DNA of 64,000 nt from assembly GCF_001194135.2 (NCBI RefSeq), contig NC_068985.1, positions 30,763,601 to 30,827,600 of the forward strand, given 5' to 3'. This document shows, piece by piece, positions 39,433 to 51,462 of the stretch. The notes beneath the pieces are model-generated. The model was not told where the DNA came from. It saw only the letters and a program-made list of their open reading frames with translations, and did not search any database. How positions within the stretch are numbered: position 1 is the first letter of the stretch; every line of letters begins with the position of its first letter. The position numbers and the translations under genes are program-made. The stretch is from Octopus bimaculoides. Lineage: Eukaryota.

Positions 39433-39647
39433 TGTCGTGGCACTCCATCGGTTACAACAATGAGGGTTCCAGTTGATCCAATCAACGGAACAGCCTGCTT
39501 GTAATATTAAAGTGCAAGTGGCTGAGCACTCCACAGACACGTGTACCCTTAACATAGTTCTCGGGGGAGATTCAGCATGACACAGAGTGTGACAAGGCTG
39601 GCCTAACCCTAACCCTAACCCTGGCTCTTTGAAATACAGGTACAAGA
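39433..39647 (-). mobile_element. SINE family A 3' fragment containing a short telomeric-repeat insertion
   Basis: Reverse complement of 17520-17697, with extra (CCCTAA)3 at 39602-39622. Confidence 0.8.
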
Positions 39648-39910
39648 GAAACAGGAAGAACGAGTGAGCGAAAGTTGTGGTAAAAGAGTACAACAGGGTT
39701 TGCCACCAGCCTGAAATTGTTGACCTTATATATATATATATAAACAATATATGAGTATATGCATATATATGTACATGTATGTATATACGTTCATCCACAT
39801 GTACATATAGATACATAACTGGGTACATGACGTGGCAAAAGAACAAGGACAAAAAAGGTAAACAAGGTGCAACAAACAAGCAGGCCACATAGAAACATCC
39901 CCTTCATCAG

Positions 39911-39953
<43 letters not shown>

Positions 39954-40758
39954 GTGCAGTGAATAAACTGTTGTCTAAATTACATNNNNNNNNNNNNNNN
40001 NNNNNNNNNNNNNNNNNNNNNNNNNNNNNNNNNNNNNNNNNNNNNNNNNNNNNNNNNNNNNNNNNNNNNNNNNNNNNNNNNNNNNNNNNNNNNNNNNNNN
40101 NNNNNNNNNNNNNNNNNNNNNNNNNNNNNNNNNNNNNNNNNNNNNNNNNNNNNNNNNNNNNNNNNNNNNNNNNNNNNNNNNNNNNNNNNNNNNNNNNNNN
40201 NNNNNNNNNNNNNNNNNNNNNNNNNNNNNNNNNNNNNNNNNNNNNNNNNNNNNNNNNNNNNNNNNNNNNNNNNNNNNNNNNNNNNNNNNNNNNNNNNNNN
40301 NNNNNNNNNNNNNNNNNNNNNNNNNNNNNNNNNNNNNNNNNNNNNNNNNNNNNNNNNNNNNNNNNNNNNNNNNNNNNNNNNNNNNNNNNNNNNNNNNNNN
40401 NNNNNNNNNNNNNNNNNNNNNNNNNNNNNNNNNNNNNNNNNNNNNNNNNNNNNNNNNNNNNNNNNNNNNNNNNNNNNNNNNNNNNNNNNNNNNNNNGAAT
40501 GAGAGGGGGAGATAGAAATAGAGAGTCGCATTAGAAAAATAGTTAAAAACTTACTGTATAAAGGTAACGCGTGCGTTCTGTCGTGATACAAACAATATAT
40601 GAGTATATGCATATATATGTAGATGTATGTATATATGTTCATCCACATGTACATATAGATACATAACTGGGTACATGACGTGGCAAAAGAACAAGGACAA
40701 AAAAGGTAAACAAGGTGCAACAAACAAGCAGGCCACATAGAAACATCCCCTTCATCAG

Positions 40759-40797
<39 letters not shown>

Positions 40798-40801
<4 letters not shown>

Positions 40802-41141
40802 GTGCAGTGAATAAACTGTTGTCTAAATTACATAAAAATAAAATTAACACTGCCATCTCATTTTAACAGATATATTTACCAAAATTACATAAAAATATCT
40901 TGAAATACTAAAGAGTAAATTCATTCAACAAAATCTCCACTAGCTTCAACCAGTGCGAATGCCAAGCAGTACAGTACGTTGTTTCCAAATTTCTGGCAGA
41001 GTGAATTGCATCAGGTGCAGTTTTTCTCACAGATGGTGCCCAACTGTCCGTACTATACTGTGTGGTTGACAAAATCAAAAACAAACAATGTGTATGCATG
41101 AAATTAAAAATATAAAGTGACAATTTACTCACCACACCCTG
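40798..41141. mobile_element. Short MITE related to the maT-like element at 18981
   Basis: The first ~140 nt match 18981-19120 and the far end is tttactcaccacaccctg|ta (inverted terminus). Confidence 0.7.
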
Positions 41142-41737
41142 TATATATATACATATATGCATGTTCATATACACGTGTGTGTGTGTTTGCACATGTATGT
41201 TTGTACATGTATGTGTGTGTGCACATGTGTTTCTATCACCATGGAGTAAAACCAAGACATTCAAACAGAAACATTTTGCAATAGTCACATCTGACTGAGT
41301 TGACTCTCTTCACACAAATGGCACCTTTGCATTCCATATCTTATGAGTGAGAAGGATGAAATAAGCACTGAGATTGATAGAAATGACTAAAATCTTTGAA
41401 GGTGGTGCCCCAGTATGGCCAGTGTCCAATGACTGAAACCAATAAAAGAGGAATATAAGAAATATGAAAAAAAAGTGTAGATCCATTGTTAAAGAATTCA
41501 AGAGTGCTCTTTTTATTCTTACACAAACCAAAGAGTTTCAAGCAATATTTTTACAAATTCAAATTTTAATAAATTAAGCATGGCTGTGTGGTCAAGAAGC
41601 TTGCTTTGCAACGAAGAGGTATTGGGTTCAGTTCCACAGTGCAGTAGATTGGGCAAATGTCTCTTACTATTGCCCTGGGTCAACCAATACTTTGTGAGTG
41701 AATATGGTAGACTGTGTGGAAACCCATCATATATACA

Positions 41738-42427
41738 TTAGAGTGGAGCATTTTTTCACGATTTTCAATTTTGTGATAAGGGTAGTGCGGAAAAGTTGTG
41801 AATGGACATCAAAATAACCGGTGCAAAATCTTAAAACTCTGCAACAATATCTTCCATCCCCTCAAATGCATTGAGAAATGGAAAAAGAGGGAAAAAAAAA
41901 CACTCTTATTTATTAGTTATAAAATACAGTTTTCATTGCATCTTCTTTGGGTAGCTTCTAAATAATTGTGATGAAATTACTCTAAAATATGACTGAACAT
42001 GATTTTTTTTTTCTGTGATTTCATATTCTGCCTCCACAAGGAGGGATGGGGGTGTACTGTAATTTACATCTACATGAAAAATTTTCTGAATTTGATAAAT
42101 TACAATATTTAGAATATTTTTGTATATTTTTGAGGTGTTTGTGGAGGCAGAAGATGAAGTCACAGAAAAAAAAAAACATGTTTAAGTCATATTTTAGAGT
42201 AATTTTATCACAGTCATTTAAAAGCTATCTGAAGAAGATGCAATGAAAACTGTATTTTAAAGCTAATAAGTAGAGGCGTTTTTTTCCACAATTTTCCATT
42301 TTTTGATGTATTTGTGGAGACAAGATATTGTTGCAGAGTTCTAAGATTTTGCACCAGTTATTTTGATACTCATTCACAACTTTTCCACACTACCTCTATC
42401 GCAAATTGAAAATCGTGAAACACCCTA

Positions 42428-42428
<1 letters not shown>
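41738..42428. mobile_element. Palindromic (foldback) MITE with about 300-bp arms
   Basis: 41738-42040 is an imperfect reverse complement of about 42135-42428, with termini ttagagtg / caccctaa. It is inserted in the microsatellite linker of a SINE. Confidence 0.8.
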
Positions 42429-42487
<59 letters not shown>

Positions 42488-43529
42488 CTTTGAGTTTAAG
42501 TTTTTCCCTCACACCACTTGACAACCAGTATTGGCTTGTTTATGTCACCATAACTTAGCAGTTCAGCAAAAGAGTCTGATAGAATATACTTTCAAAAATA
42601 AGTACTGGGTTTGATTTGTTTAACTAAACCTTTTAAGGTGGTGCTCCAGTATGACCACAGTCAAATGACTGGAACCAGTAAAAGATAAAGGATATAATTC
42701 CATTTTAACTGTAATCTTAAAAAAAAACATCAAGCAACATATTCTTTTCTTTCAAAATTATATGAAGACACATTTTAGCTTTCTTTGATTTTCCACTGAT
42801 ATATTTACATTTAATCCTTTTTTAATATACTCACAAAATAGATTTCCTGTTATATAACTGGTATATGTAGATTTGGAGTTTCTAGTACATGCTTTCATGA
42901 AACTAGAGATACACAATGAAAAAAATTCTTGGAGAAATTTTAATTATTCAGATCTGATGTATAAAATAATTGGTCATTGCTGTCATTAGAATTACATACA
43001 GTGATTTGTTAAATTGGCATGTTTGTAGGAGAGAGGGGTATAGTCAATGGAATTAACCTCAGTCTGGTACATATTTTATTGACTTCAGATGGAAGAAAAA
43101 CAAAGTCAGTTCTGGCACTCTGATAGAATTTGAAATATGAACACTGATGAATAAGATTAAATACTGCAAGACATTTAGTCCTGCAATTTATCACTTTTGC
43201 CATTCTAACACCTTATAGTATGGTGCTGCTATATTTTGAGGAATTGAAAGGACCTTTGCCATTGAATATTCAGAAATATAGTTGTCTATGATTACCATCT
43301 AATACTAAAGTGGATTCTTTGATGTTTTTGACGTGATATTTAGTTTTCTCTTTTAGCCAGCACAACTAAAACCATGCTTGAGCATTGGCTATGTGCTGAT
43401 ACTTTGAAAAACATCAATTATATTATCAGAGGATCAAGAAACTTCCTCAAGCTATTTTCATTAATGTTGTTCATGTTGTAAGTGAGCCATATTTAACATT
43501 GATTTATCTTTACCATGAATAAGAAAGTA

Positions 43530-43945
43530 GGGAATTGGCAGATGGGTAGAGTACCTTGCAGTATTTATTTACATGCCTTTATATTTTGGATTTACACCCA
43601 CAGGGGTCAACTTTGCTTTCGTCCTTCCAAGGTTGATAAAATAAAGTACCAGTGAAGTCAATTGAAGTCAGTCTAATCAACTATACCTTCATCCAAAATG
43701 TGTGGTCTTGTGCCTCTGTTAGAAATCCTTATGAATAACAACAATAAGGAGGTGGATTGGCAGAAATAGTAGAGAGGCATCACACAATGCTTTGTGGCAT
43801 TTAGCTATGTCACCTTAAGTCTTGAGATCAAATCCCTCCAGGGTTGTCTTTGCTTTCCATCCTTTCAGGGGCTGATAGGTATGAACCAATGAGACTGATT
43901 ACATCAATTACACTCCTCCTAAAAAAATGTGTGGCCTTATTATAA
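43530..43945 (+). mobile_element. Two tandem SINE family C copies (another at 44420-44580 on -)
   Basis: Shared tggcagaa..ag..ggtcaactttgc(c)tttc(a)tcc(t)ttc..gataaaataagtacc core. Confidence 0.6.
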
Positions 43946-45324
43946 AAAGAATATTCAAAATAAACATTCCAGACATTTCCAAAACTGCCCTTATTTATTA
44001 TGGCTTCAAAATTATAACCCATGTTAGCTTTTACTTTCGATTTAATCCCATTGAATTGAGACTAGTAACATACTAGTACCTATTTTATTAATTTTCAAAT
44101 GAATGAGCAATAAAGTTCACTAAAATGGTAACTTAATCACAAACAGTGAGATTCTGAACTTTAAAAAATGCATGTGAAGAAATAACATTAAAACAATAGT
44201 TGATTTATCATATTGGGTTCTTGAACTCACAAGATTTACACCAAACTCTAAAACTTACAACTGCCAGACATATGTATGATAGCTTCCAGAAATGTGTATC
44301 AGACCCTGGCACCCTTTCCTGAGAGAGAAAAATCTATGATCTCCTTTGATGCTACAGAGCCCAAATATTGGTTTCAAAGTTTGGCACAAGGTCAACAATT
44401 TCAGGGGAGGGGTAAGTTGATGGCATCAACCCCAGTGTTCAACTGGTACTTATTTTATTGACACCAAAAGGATAAAAGGCAAAGTCGACCTCAGTGGAAT
44501 TTGAACTCAGAATGTAAGGACAGATGAAATGCAGCTAAGCATTTTGCCTGGTGTGCTAACAATTCTGCTAGCTTGCTGCCTACAGGGTCCAAATATTATG
44601 AACCCTCATAGCTCAAAGAATCACTGATCGTGTCCTTAGGTTTTAAGTCAATCAAATAGCTTATAAAAACTACTTAGTCAAAATTTTGAAGCCATAATTA
44701 ACACCTGTTTTGAACATGTCACATATTTTCAATTTACTCATGTGAAATAAATTTATTATAGCTAAAATTATTCCAATGAAATTAAAAATAAACCTAACAG
44801 TTAACTATAACCTTCATTTTTAAAAAATGAGATGAGGGAAATAACTTAGATAGGTCAATAGCATGAATAAATTAAGGAGAAATATACTGATTGACATATG
44901 CAGGCAAATTGTTAATTGGAATTTTCATCTTAGCTGGAGAACAAACATCAAAACCTAACTGTAATTTAAAAAAGAAAAAAACTAGGCATCCTCAAAAACA
45001 TGCTTCAGAGAAAATCTGATTGTTGTTGTGGGCATGGGGAAAAACTAACAATCATGCCTTAACCTTATTTGACCTCATTTGCTTAAATTTGATAAAACTT
45101 TATGGTTTGATCAATGGGGAGATCCTTCTTAATTAAACACAACAGTTTTCTTCCAATGCATTTAACTTTTAATCAACTACTTTTGTTATAGTAGTTATAC
45201 CATATAAGCATTACCTTATTGACCCAACCAGAATAATAAAAATCAGTAATCTCATCTGTATTTGAATACAAAAACACTAAAGCACTAAATGTGATCCCAT
45301 AATAGTAGTGCTAAATGTGACATA

Positions 45325-46186
45325 TAGGGCGCTCCAAAAGTCAGATGGGTTTCAATTTCTAATAACTTCCTTAACTTTACAAATAAATACATGAAATTTT
45401 GATACAATGTAAAGGACATAATGGAAATTAATATGCATGAGTCAAATTTTGCAACACTACTACATCACATATGAAAAATGACATCGCTTAAATGGCAGCC
45501 ATTTTTGGTTTCGCATGCCCATCCAAAACTTGCACCATAACACTCTCAAAAGTTTCAGACCCCACTTCTCTGATTTCTCTATTGATGTTCTCCTTCAGTT
45601 ACACCAGGGTCTCCGGTTTGTTGACATAAGCTCTCTCTTTCAGGTATTCATTATTGAGACCTTTTTGGCACCCAGCCATTCAAAGTAGACCACACACATG
45701 GTTTCAGCAAGATGGGGCAACTGCTCATACCGCAAGAGAAACAATGCAGTTGCTAAAACAGTGCTTTGGAGAAAGAATTATCTCCCGCTGCGGCAATGTC
45801 AACTGGCCTTCACATTCCCCAGACTTGACTAGCCCGGATTTTTTCTTGTGAGGATATCTGAAAGAGAGGGTTTACGTCAACAAACCAGGGACCCTGGTGC
45901 AACTGAAGGAGAACATCAATAGAGAAATCAGAGAAGTGGAGTCTGAAACTCTTGAGGGTGTTATGATGCAAGTTTTGGAATGAGCATGGGCATGCAAAGC
46001 CGAAAATGGCTGCCATTTAAGCGATGTCATTTTTCCATATGTAATGTAGTAGTGTTGCAAAATTTGACTTGTGCATATTAATTTCCATTATGTCTTTTAT
46101 ATTGTATCAAAATTTCATGCATTTATTTGTAAAATTAAGGAAGTTATTAGAAATTGAAAGCCATCAGTGACTTTTGGAACACCCTA
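45325..46186 (+). mobile_element. Non-autonomous rosa-like (DD41D) Tc1/mariner derivative with about 325-bp inverted arms
   Basis: Arms at 45325-45648 and 45853-46186 are inverted copies with TA flanks. The centre and right arm read WFQQDGATAHT...WPSHSPDLTSPDFFL*GYLKERVY, with 41 residues between the 2nd and 3rd catalytic Asp. Confidence 0.85.
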
Positions 46187-46212
46187 TATATATATATATA
46201 CACATATATATA

Positions 46213-46320
46213 TATGGACATCTCATCAGACTCTAATGGCAATGGATGTATACCTCTTCTAACTCCACAGTTTGAAGAGGTATATGCCCATTGCCATTAG
46301 AGTCTGACAAGTCGTCCATA
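46213..46320. repeat. Near-perfect about 50-bp-arm inverted repeat overlapping the hammerhead
   Basis: tatggac..tcagactctaatggcaatgg..tacctctt / aagaggta..ccattgccattagagtctga..gtccata; terminal loop CCAC. Confidence 0.9.
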
Positions 46321-46360
46321 AAGCTAAGCACTTCATGGATGTGAAACCATTGGTCACTCT
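46299..46360 (+). ncRNA. Type I hammerhead ribozyme motif with GUC cleavage triplet (G8>A)
   Basis: AGAGT-CTGACAA-GTCGTCCAT-15nt-ATGGATGT-GAAA-CCATTGG-TC-ACTCT. The inverted upstream copy preserves an intact CTGATGA (46223-46229, minus strand). Confidence 0.7.
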
Positions 46361-46446
46361 GCGACCGGACATAGACTTAACTGCACATAAATACATTACT
46401 GCTCTATGCTTTAGACTGTGCTTCTTTTTTGGATATATGATACACT

Positions 46447-46480
<34 letters not shown>

Positions 46481-47007
46481 NNNNNNNNNNNNNNNNNNNN
46501 NNNNNNNNNNNNNNNNNNNNNNNNNNNNNNNNNNNNNNNNNNNNNNNNNNNNNNNNNNNNNNNNNNNNNNNNNNNNNNNNNNNNNNNNNNNNNNNNNNNN
46601 NNNNNNNNNNNNNNNNNNNNNNNNNNNNNNNNNNNNNNNNNNNNNNNNNNNNNNNNNNNNNNNNNNNNNNNNNNNNNNNNNNNNNNNNNNNNNNNNNNNN
46701 NNNNNNNNNNNNNNNNNNNNNNNNNNNNNNNNNNNNNNNNNNNNNNNNNNNNNNNNNNNNNNNNNNNNNNNNNNNNNNNNNNNNNNNNNNNNNNNNNNNN
46801 NNNNNNNNNNNNNNNNNNNNNNNNNNNNNNNNNNNNNNNNNNNNNNNNNNNNNNNNNNNNNNNNNNNNNNNNNNNNNNNNNNNNNNNNNNNNNNNNNNNN
46901 NNNNNNNNNNNNNNNNNNNNNNNNNNNNNNNNNNNNNNNNNNNNNNNNNNNNNNNNNNNNNNNNNNNNNNNNNNNNNNNNNNNNNNNNNNNNNNNNNNNN
47001 NNNNNNN

Positions 47008-47046
<39 letters not shown>

Positions 47047-47479
47047 TAAAGGATCTGCAAAAGGATGATATTTATTTTCCATTAACTTTTAAATGGTTTG
47101 GTCTAGAGAAAGGGACATAGCCTTCACAAGTTCTTGAGGACCAGTGAGATTGATGCACCTGATTATTTTCTTGAACAGCTACAACAAAGAATGTAAGCTC
47201 TCCAAATTCAAGTATTTGAGTTGGTATGTAAGACTAAAAGTGAAAATTAGTGTTGTTATTTAACTCCACATCAGGCATGACTGAGCAGATCTGTGATCAT
47301 TCCATCTTTTGTTTAAGGACCACATTTATCCTTCCTTGCACATGTCCTCTTTTACCTTCAAGTCAGTAAGGTGTGATCTGAGGAAGATCTTACAACAATT
47401 TCTTGCAGGTTGAGAGACTGTGCAGAGAATCATTTCATTAGCTTCAATGAACTGAAAACTGTCTTTCTTGTTTTATTAG

Positions 47480-47720
47480 TTCATTCTGGAAAAGGTGGGG
47501 AAGTATCCATGACCTTCGCAAGCCTTCTGGGATCATTGAGACTGATGGCATTAACATTCCACTTAAACTGTTGCATGATGACAACTGCAGAAAGATGTAC
47601 AGGAAAAGAATTCCAGTGTACTGAGATTCTGGAAAGGAAGAGTTATGGAGAGTGGCTAGTGAGGAATGGAGGCTGGACACTATATGAGTAAAGAGAGGAG
47701 TGGAGGATGAATAAATTGAG
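47480..47720 (-). mobile_element. CR1/L2-like LINE 3' remnant
   Basis: Minus strand reads LSRISVHWNSFPVHL...MQQFK, resembling the R-x-WNSLP...FK terminal motif. Confidence 0.5.
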
Positions 47721-48662
47721 AATAGCTGAGTAGAGGTGACACAAGATCACCTAATGCTGAGGAGCAGAAGCCATAAAAAAATTGAGAGATTAGACAGCAC
47801 ATCCATGGTCCAAAAACTGGACTGCATTTGTGAGTGACTTTATACCATTCAGTTCTGTGGTCTATTCCTGGATGCGATCCAACATATTTATGCTACACCA
47901 TCCCAGTTGAGACACATTACCAGTAGTTTATAACCAAGTAAATGATTTTTTAATTTTATTTTAATTAGATAGGCCAGGAATGATTTCATTTGGAATAATT
48001 AAATTCTTGGAGAGATTAATGAGTTGAGTTGAAGCAGGTATATAATAATAAGCTTAGAAGAGCATTTGTATTATATGGTTTAAGATGTATTATCAATGGG
48101 TTAGCTCTATAACAAATGCAAGTAATAGTCTAACGCAGAATAAATTTGTATTTTATTTCGAGACAATAGTCGGTAACTGAGATACTTTCTACCTCTAAAG
48201 AAGAAATTTGATCTAAAGTACCTAAAGTAACTGCCATTTAGTGAAGATTCGTTATTATCACAAAGAAAATATGAAAAACTGGGGCTGATTGAAATTAAAT
48301 ATTTCAACTAAATACATGAAAACAATAAATAAAAGAATGTTACTACCACTTAGCAGTGTGGCAAAGAGAGACTGATAGAATAATTACAGACTTATAGTTA
48401 GTACTGGAGCTAATTTGTTCAACTAAAAACTTACATGTGGTGCTCCAGTATGGCCACAATCTAATGACTGAAACAAATAAGAGAGTGAAATAATAAACAA
48501 CATTCTTTCATCTGAAAGTGTTTCAATTGTTAATATGCATTTGTATTATTCTTCACTCTCACTTTATGCCAAGCATATTTAGCTTCTTAAAAAGACACAC
48601 ACAAGATTAAGTCAATCTATTCCATTTCTAACACCACACCAACATAAAATTATATAACATAC

Positions 48663-48976
48663 CTCCATTGTAAGAATATCAGGTTTAGCAGTAACTCCAT
48701 ATGGTTTCAGATCCAAATCACCAATACTCCTTGTCATGGCTAAACGGCCATTGACATGTGATCGTCCTAAACTGTTCAAAGAAATAAAACCGCCACACTT
48801 TTTGATGCGAGAAGCTTCTTCCTCAACTTCAGGATCATGGTCTTGAGTCAGACGAACTGCTTTTCCCTGTCGGCAAAGAATAGCACAACTGTCACCAACA
48901 TGCCCTATCACCAATCCAACACTGTTTTTCAGTAAACATACAGTAGCTGTTGTCCCACAATGGAAATTGGAAGAAC
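48663..48976 (-). CDS. PPM1K: PPM1K second coding exon
   Basis: ttcttgtag| acceptor and GAG|gtatgt donor; 314 nt, phase 1/0. Encodes [10 protein letters not shown]...[10 protein letters not shown]...RIKKCGGF...[24 protein letters not shown], nearly identical to vertebrate PPM1K as recalled. Confidence 0.95.
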
Positions 48977-49091
48977 CTACAAGAATACATAACATTAAAA
49001 TAAGCAATAATTATAAAAAACACCAAAGGCTGAAATTACAAATGACACCTAAGTATTAACCTATTTTACGATAATCATGAAAACTATACCA

Positions 49092-49490
49092 ACCATGGCT
49101 GTGTGGTTAAGATGTTTACTTTGCATCTACATGGTTTCAGGTTCAATCCTGCTGTACAGCACCTTGGGCAAATGTCTTCTACCAGAAGCTGGGGTTGGCC
49201 AATGCCTTATGAATGAATTTGGTAGATGGAAAGTGTAGAAACCTGTCATGTGTGTGTGTGTGTGTGTGTATGTGTGTGTGTGTGTGTATGTGTGTGTGTG
49301 TGTCTTTGTCTCTCTCCAACACTGCTTGACAACCAGTGTTGGTTTGTTTACATCTCTAAAGCTTAGCAGTTCAGCCTAAGAGACTGATAGAATAAGTATC
49401 AGACATAAAAATAACTATTAGGGCTAAATTTTTTCAACTAAAGCTCCTCAAGGTAATATCCCAGAACGATGATAGTAGTCTTATGGTCCA
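49092..49490 (+). mobile_element. Composite SINE family B (tRNA-like head, (TG)n linker, conserved tail)
   Basis: Head tggctgtgtggttaag..ggttcaatcc..caccttgggcaa and tail ttgacaacc..cttagcagttc..gatagaataagta. Heads or tails recur at 1830-2010, 41576-41730, 42480-42695, 48350-48485, 49968-50125, 50490-50655(-) and 58965-59125(-). Confidence 0.8.
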
Positions 49491-50930
49491 AGAAAGAGGT
49501 TGTGCAATTTTTTGCTGGACACCTGCATAAATGATTTGTTTATAGCGACTAAATGTATGTGCTGCGCATTTGCTCACTCCTTCCATCAAATCGATGTTGC
49601 CTGAACAGTTGCACAGCATACAACACATCAAGTGCTGGAATAATCGCAAAGCAACATGAAATGTAGTGTTTTGCTCAAGAACACAAAGCACTACCTGGTC
49701 CAGGAATTGAAACCATGACCTTGCAATCGAGAGTCCAACACTCTAACCACCAAATCATGCACCCTCGACAATGCCCCAGTATGTAAAAGATAAATGATAT
49801 ACCTTCACAAGTTTGTTCATTTGTTTTGAAGATCAGACAGATCTTTTGCAAATTACAAATATCTTAATCTTATCATATACCTTTTATACTTTAATTATTA
49901 ATCTGAACACTTTCAGATCAACCAAGTTTTCTTTGTTCATACTATTCTGATAAATATCTATGCATACAGGCATAGCTATGTTGTTATGAAGCTTGTTTCC
50001 CAGTAATATGGTTTTGGGTTCAGTCCCACAGCATGGCATCTTTGGCAAGTATCTTCTACTATAGCCTAGGGGCAAACAAAACTTTGTGAGTGAATTGGTA
50101 GACAAAAACTGAAAGAATCCTATGTGTGTGTGTGTGTCTCTCTCTCTCTCTCTCTGTCTAGACATCACATTACTGTTGTAAGTGAGCATTATCATCGCAT
50201 AGGCAAGGTTGTTCATTTCCAGTCTTCCATGAAAAATATGTCTGAGCATGGGGAAATATTATCATGCTTTGAAACAAGTAAAGGTTGGTGACAGGAAGGG
50301 TATCTGGCTGTAGAAAATTTACCTCAACATATTTCATCTGACCCATGCAAGCAAGGAAAAGTGGATGTTAAATGATGATGATGTTGATGATGATTTAATA
50401 GCTTCACATGCATGTTTCCACAGAAGATTGGTAATGAAAGATGCTCATTTACAACTATTGCATCATGTCAGGACAAGGAGACACATACACACACATATGA
50501 TAGGTTTCTTTCAGTTTTGGTCAACCAAATTCACTCACAATACTTTGGTGAACCCATGACAAGAGTAGAAGACACTTTCTTAAGGTGTCACATAGTGGGG
50601 CTGGACCCAAAACCATGTTGTTAGGAAGCAAACTTCTTAACCATACAGCCCATATACCTGTACTCACCTCTAATATATACAATAGCTTATGACCCATAAA
50701 ACAATATATTTTTCAGATACCATTTGATCTACTCTTTAATAAAAAAAAATTTTGTCAACATGAGCAAATATCTAAATATTCCTCTAATAACAATGAATAA
50801 CAGCATTGAGTTATTTCATTGTAAAGATTGAAAAACTGACTCTCATCACCCAACAAAAAAAACTATAATAATTGCATTCCAAAGAAGAATTATTCCCAAT
50901 AAATTAAAAAAGAAAGTGAACAAAACATAC

Positions 50931-51462
50931 GTGAGAAAAGCAAATAACGGGCGAGTTGGTTGTTGACATCTACAAATGATTGCTTAATAACTTCCTCCAG
51001 ATCATCAGTTTGGTTCAACCAAAACAAAATGCTCTTCTTCATCTTTTGATTGACAAAATCAACAGCTTCTGTACCCGCATGTCCATCAAACATTCCAAAA
51101 TAGAGAAGATTGGGAGAAAGTTCTTCAACAGCATAGCGATCTTCATTAACTTTACGCCGTCCTAACAGTGTAGCACTTCCAATTTCTGTCAATGGAATTT
51201 TGGGAATAATCTTGCCTCGTTCAATACTTTCTTCATAGTGAATTGGTAACTCAAGACGACTATTCCAACAGCCAAGTGTGTCAAAGTTAATTCCAGCTTG
51301 TCGACTACCTTTGTTCTCAGGATCAGATAGAAACCTATAGTTTTTTGAAGAAGTGTGGTAGAGTTTCTGTTTTAATTGAGTTACAGTTGGCTTCTGAGAA
51401 ATTAAAAGCCATTGAGCCTTGATCAAAGAGGCTAGTTGAGCAGGTTGTCTTGAGATAAGCAT
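50931..51462 (-). CDS. PPM1K: PPM1K (PP2Cm) first coding exon; exon acceptor at 51507
   Basis: ATG at 51462 begins a basic, hydroxylated, acid-poor N-terminus like a mitochondrial presequence. Then IPKIPLTEIGSATLLGRRKVNEDR and LYFGMFDGHAG (PP2C motifs 1 and 2, PPM1K-like context). Donor C|GTATGT at 50931, phase 1. Confidence 0.93.

Noticed and set aside
39895-39915. Minus-strand CTGATGAAGGGG (also at about 40745-40762)
   Set aside because: Core only; no stem II closure or GAAA; truncated by a (CA)n tract.
39742-40833. About 245-bp duplication (39742-39985 versus 40590-40833)
   Set aside because: The copies flank a gap and differ by two substitutions and (CA)n length; probably uncollapsed haplotypes or repeat-induced misjoin.
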